Assembly: GCA_040954595.2 (NCBI GenBank)
Contig: CM082583.2
Coordinates: forward strand, 5,075,374 to 5,139,373
DNA length: 64,000 bases
Direction of reading: 5' to 3'
DNA from: Balanoglossus misakiensis
Taxonomy: Eukaryota; Animalia; Hemichordata
Shown: one piece after another, positions 59,521-64,000 of the stretch
Numbering within the stretch: the stretch's first letter is position 1
How the letters are laid out: the number at the start of each line of letters is the position of its first letter
Position numbers and translations under genes: made by a program
Notes under the pieces: generated by a model
What the model saw: only the letters and a program-made list of their open reading frames with translations
The model's database searches: none
What the model was told of the DNA's origin: nothing

Positions 59521-62500
59521 ACAATTTTTCGACTTTGCGAAACTTCAAAATTTCTTCATTTTTTGATAAAAATCATGGGTTATAGCTCATGAAAATAATC
59601 CAAAAATGACAATTTTTCGACTTTGCGAAACTTCAAAATTTCTTCATTTTTTGATAAAAATCATGGGTTATAGCTCATGAAAATCATCCAAAAATGACAA
59701 TTTTTCGACTTTGCGAAACTTCAAAATTTCTTCATTTTTTGATAAAAATCATGGGTTATAGCTCATGAAAATCATCCAAAAATGACAATTTTTCGACTTT
59801 GCGAAACTTCAAAATTTCTTCATTTTTTGATAAAAATCATGGGTTATAGCTCATGAAAATCATCCAAAAATGACAATTTTTCGACTTTGCGAAACTTCAA
59901 AATTTCTCCATTTTTTGATAAAAATCATGGGTTATAGCTCATGAAAATCATCCAAAAATGACAATTTTTCGACTTAGCGAAACTTCAAAATTTCTCCATT
60001 TTTTGATAAAAATCATGGGTTATAGCTCATGAAAATCATCCAAAAATGACAATTTTTCGACTTTGCGAAACTTCAAAATTTCTTCATTTTTTGATAAAAA
60101 TCATGGGTTATAGCTCATGAAAATCATCCAAAAATGACAATTTTTCGACTTTGCGAAACTTCAAAATTTCTTCATTTTTTGATAAAAATCATGGGTTATA
60201 GCTCATGAAAATCATCCAAAAATGACAATTTTTCGACTTTGCGAAACATCAAAATTTCTTCATTTTTTGATAAAAATCATGGGTTATAGCTCATGAAAAT
60301 CATCCAAAAATGACAATTTTTCGACTTTGCGAAACTTTAAAGTTTCCTCATTTTTTGATAAAAATCATGGGTTATAGCTCATGAAAATCATCCAAAAATG
60401 ACAATTTTTCGACTTTGCGAAACTTCAAAATTTCTTCATTTTTTGATAAAAATCATGGGTTATAGCTCATGAAAATCATCCAAAAATGACAATTTTTCGA
60501 CTTTGCGAAACTTCAAAATTTCTTCATTTTTTGATAAAAATCATGGGTTATAGCTCATGAAAATCATCCAAAAATGACAATTTTTCGACTTTGCGAAACT
60601 TCAAAATTTCTTCATTTTTTGATAAAAATCATGGGTTATAGCTCATGAAAATCATCCAAAAATGACAATTTTTCGACTTTGCGAAACTTCAAAATTTCTT
60701 CATTTTTTGATAAAAATCATGGGTTATAGCTCATGAAAATCATCCAAAAATGACAATTTTTCGACTTTGCGAAACTTCAAAATTTCTTCATTTTTTGATA
60801 AAAATCATGGGTTATAGCTCATGAAAATCATCCAAAAATGACAATTTTTCGACTTTGCGAAACATCAAAATTTCTTCATTTTTTGATAAAAATCATGGGT
60901 TATAGCTCATGAAAATCATCCAAAAATGACAATTTTTCGACTTTGCGAAACTTTAAAGTTTCCTCATTTTTTGATAAAAATCATGGGTTATAGCTCATGA
61001 AAATCATCCAAAAATGACAATTTTTCGACTTTGCGAAACTTCAAAATTTCTTCATTTTTTGATAAAAATCATGGGTTATAGCTCATGAAAATCATCCAAA
61101 AATGACAATTTTTCGACTTTGCGAAACTTCAAAATTTCTTCATTTTTTGATAAAAATCATGGGTTATAGCTCATGAAAATCATCCAAAAATGACAATTTT
61201 TCGACTTTGCGAAACTTCAAAATTTCTTCATTTTTTGATAAAAATCATGGGTTATAGCTCATGAAAATCATCCAAAAATGAGAATTTTTCGACTTTGCGA
61301 AACTTCAAAATTTCTTCATTTTTTGATAAAAATCATGGGTTATAGCTCATGAAAATCATCCAAAAATGAGAATTTTTCGACTTTGCGAAACTTCAAAATT
61401 TCTTCATTTTTGATAAAAATCATGGGTTATAGCTCATGAAAATCATCCAAAAATGAGAATTTTTCGACTTTGCGAAACTTCAAAATTTCTTCATTTTTTG
61501 ATAAAAATCATGGGTTATAGCTCATGAAAATCATCCAAAAATGACAATTTTTCGACTTTGCGAAACTTCAAAATTTCTTCATTTTTTGATAAAAATCATG
61601 GGTTATAGCTCATGAAAATCATCCAAAAATGACAATTTTTCGACTTTGCGAAACTTCAAAATTTCTTCATTTTTTGATAAAAATCATGGGTTATAGCTCA
61701 TGAAAATCATCCAAAAATGACAATTTTTCGACTTTGCGAAACATCAAAATTTCTTCATTTTTGATAAAAATCATGGGTTATAGCTCATGAAAATCATCCA
61801 AAAATGACAATTTTTCGACTTTGCGAAACATCAAAATTTCTTCATTTTTTGATAAAAATCATGGGTTATAGCTCATGAAAATCATCCAAAAATGACAATA
61901 TTTCGACTTTGCGAAACATCAAAATTTCTTCATTTTTTGATAAAAATCATGGGTTATAGCTCATGAAAATCATCCAAAAATGACAAAATTTCGACTTTGC
62001 GAAACATCAAAATTTCTTCATTTTTTGATAAAAATCATGGGTTATAGCTCATGAAAATCATCCAAAAATGACAATTTTTCGACTTTGCGAAACATCAAAA
62101 TTTCTTCATTTTTTGATAAAAATCATGGGTTATAGCTCATGAAAATCATCCAAAAATGACAATTTTTCGACTTTGCGAAACATCAAAATTTCTTCAATTT
62201 TTGATAAAAATCATGGGTTATAGCTCATGAAAATCATCCAAAAATGACAATTTTTCGACTTTGCGAAACATCAAAATTTCTTCAATTTTTGATAAAAATC
62301 ATGGGTTATAGCTCATGAAAATCATCCAAAAATGACAATTTTTCGACTTTGCGAAACATCAAAATTTCTTCAATTTTTGATAAAAATCATGGGTTATAGC
62401 TCATGAAAATCATCCAAAAATGACAATTTTTCGACTTTGCGAAACATCAAAATTTCTTCAATTTTTGATAAAAATCATGGGTTATAGCTCATGAAAATCA

Positions 62501-64000
62501 TCCAAAAATGACAATTTTTCGACTTTGCGAAACTTCAAAATTTCTTCAATTTTTGATAAAAATCATGGGTTATAGCTCATGAAAATCATCCAAAAATGAC
62601 AATTTTTCGACTTTGCGAAACTTCAAAATTTCTTCATTTTTTGATAAAAATCATGGGTTATAGCTCATGAAAATCATCCAAAAATGACAATTTTTCGACT
62701 TTGCGAAACTTCAAAATTTCTTCATTTTTTTGATAAAAATCATGGGTTATAGCTCATGAAAATCATCCAAAAATGACAATTTTTCGACTTTGCGAAACAT
62801 CAAAATTTCTTCATTTTTTGATTAAAATCATGGGTTATAGCTCATGAAAATCATCCAAAAATGACAATTTTTCGACTTTGCGAAACTTCAAAATTTCTTC
62901 ATTTTTTGATAAAAATCATGGGTTATAGCTCATGAAAATCATCCAAAAATGACAATTTTTCGACTTTGCGAAACTTCAAAATTTCTTCATTTTTTGATAA
63001 AAATCATGGGTTATAGCTCATGAAAATCATCCAAAAATGACAATTTTTCGACTTTGCGAAACTTCAAAATTTCTTCATTTTTTGATAAAAATCATGGGTT
63101 ATAGCTCATGAAAATCATCCAAAAATGACAATTTTTCGACTTTGCGAAACATCAAAATTTCTTCATTTTTTGATAAAAATCATGGGTTATAGCTCATGAA
63201 AATCATCCAAAAATGACAATTTTTCGACTTTGCGAAACATCAAAATTTCTTCATTTTTTGATAAAAATCATGGGTTATAGCTCATGAAAATCATCCAAAA
63301 ATGACAATTTTTCGACTTTGCGAAACTTCAAAATTTCTTCATTTTTTGATAAAAATCATGGGTTATAGCTCATGAAAATCATCCAAAAATGACAATTTTT
63401 CGACTTTGCGAAACTTCAAAATTTCTTCATTTTTTGATAAAAATCATGGGTTATAGCTCATTAAAATCATCCAAAAATGACAATTGTTCGACTTTGCGAA
63501 ACTTCAAAATTTCTTCATTTTTTGATAAAAATCATGGGTTATAGCTCATGAAAATCATCCAAAAATGAGAATTTTTCGACTTTGCGAAACTTCAAAATTT
63601 CTTCATTTTTTGATAAAAATCATGGGTTATAGCTCATGAAAATCATCCAAAAATGAGAATTTTTCGACTTTGCGAAACTTCAAAATTTCTTCATTTTTTG
63701 ATAAAAATCATGGGTTATAGCTCATGAAAATCATCCAAAAATGAGAATTTTTCGACTTTGCGAAACATCAAAATTTCTTCATTTTTTGGATAAAAATCAT
63801 GGGTTATAGCTCATGAAAATCATCCAAAAATGACAATTTTTCGACTTTGCGAAACATCAAAATTTCTTCATTTTTTGATAAAAATCATGGGTTATAGCTC
63901 ATGAAAATCATCCAAAAATGAGAATTTTTCGACTTTGCGAAACTTCAAATTTCTTCATTTTTTGATAAAAATCATGGGTTATAGCTCATGAAAATCATCC
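59521..64000. repeat. 88-bp tandem satellite array, about 51 copies, running off the window end
   Basis: Unit acaatttttcgactttgcgaaacttcaaaatttcttcattttttgataaaaatcatgggttatagctcatgaaaatcatccaaaaatg. Starts at 59521 and 59609, and is still in register at 60841 (15 x 88). Most units differ from consensus at only a few positions. There are no unique spacers. Confidence 0.99.

Noticed and set aside
59521-64000. CRISPR-like array
   Set aside because: Units are head-to-tail and nearly identical, with no unique spacers and no cas genes. The context is eukaryotic.

Overview
This is eukaryotic (metazoan) genomic DNA. It is probably from an invertebrate deuterostome, inferred from the vertebrate-like protein termini and the lack of obvious CpG depletion. 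The only protein-coding gene I can support is a COUP-TF/NR2F nuclear receptor on the + strand, with three coding exons (33221-33713, 33972-34493, 38429-38703) encoding 429 aa. It lies in about 59 kb of otherwise non-coding DNA with several microsatellites. The window ends in an 88-bp tandem satellite (59521-64000, about 51 copies). I found no novel protein system, CRISPR array, RNA gene or autonomous transposon. The signals worth following up are regulatory. They include at least nine DR1 elements, one of them in the proximal promoter, suggesting autoregulation, and a probable 5'UTR intron that removes upstream ATGs. There are also in-frame alternative splice options just after the DNA-binding domain, an intron-2 read-through frame resembling seven-up type 2, and higher-order and palindromic structure in the satellite. 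All motif counts were made by eye.
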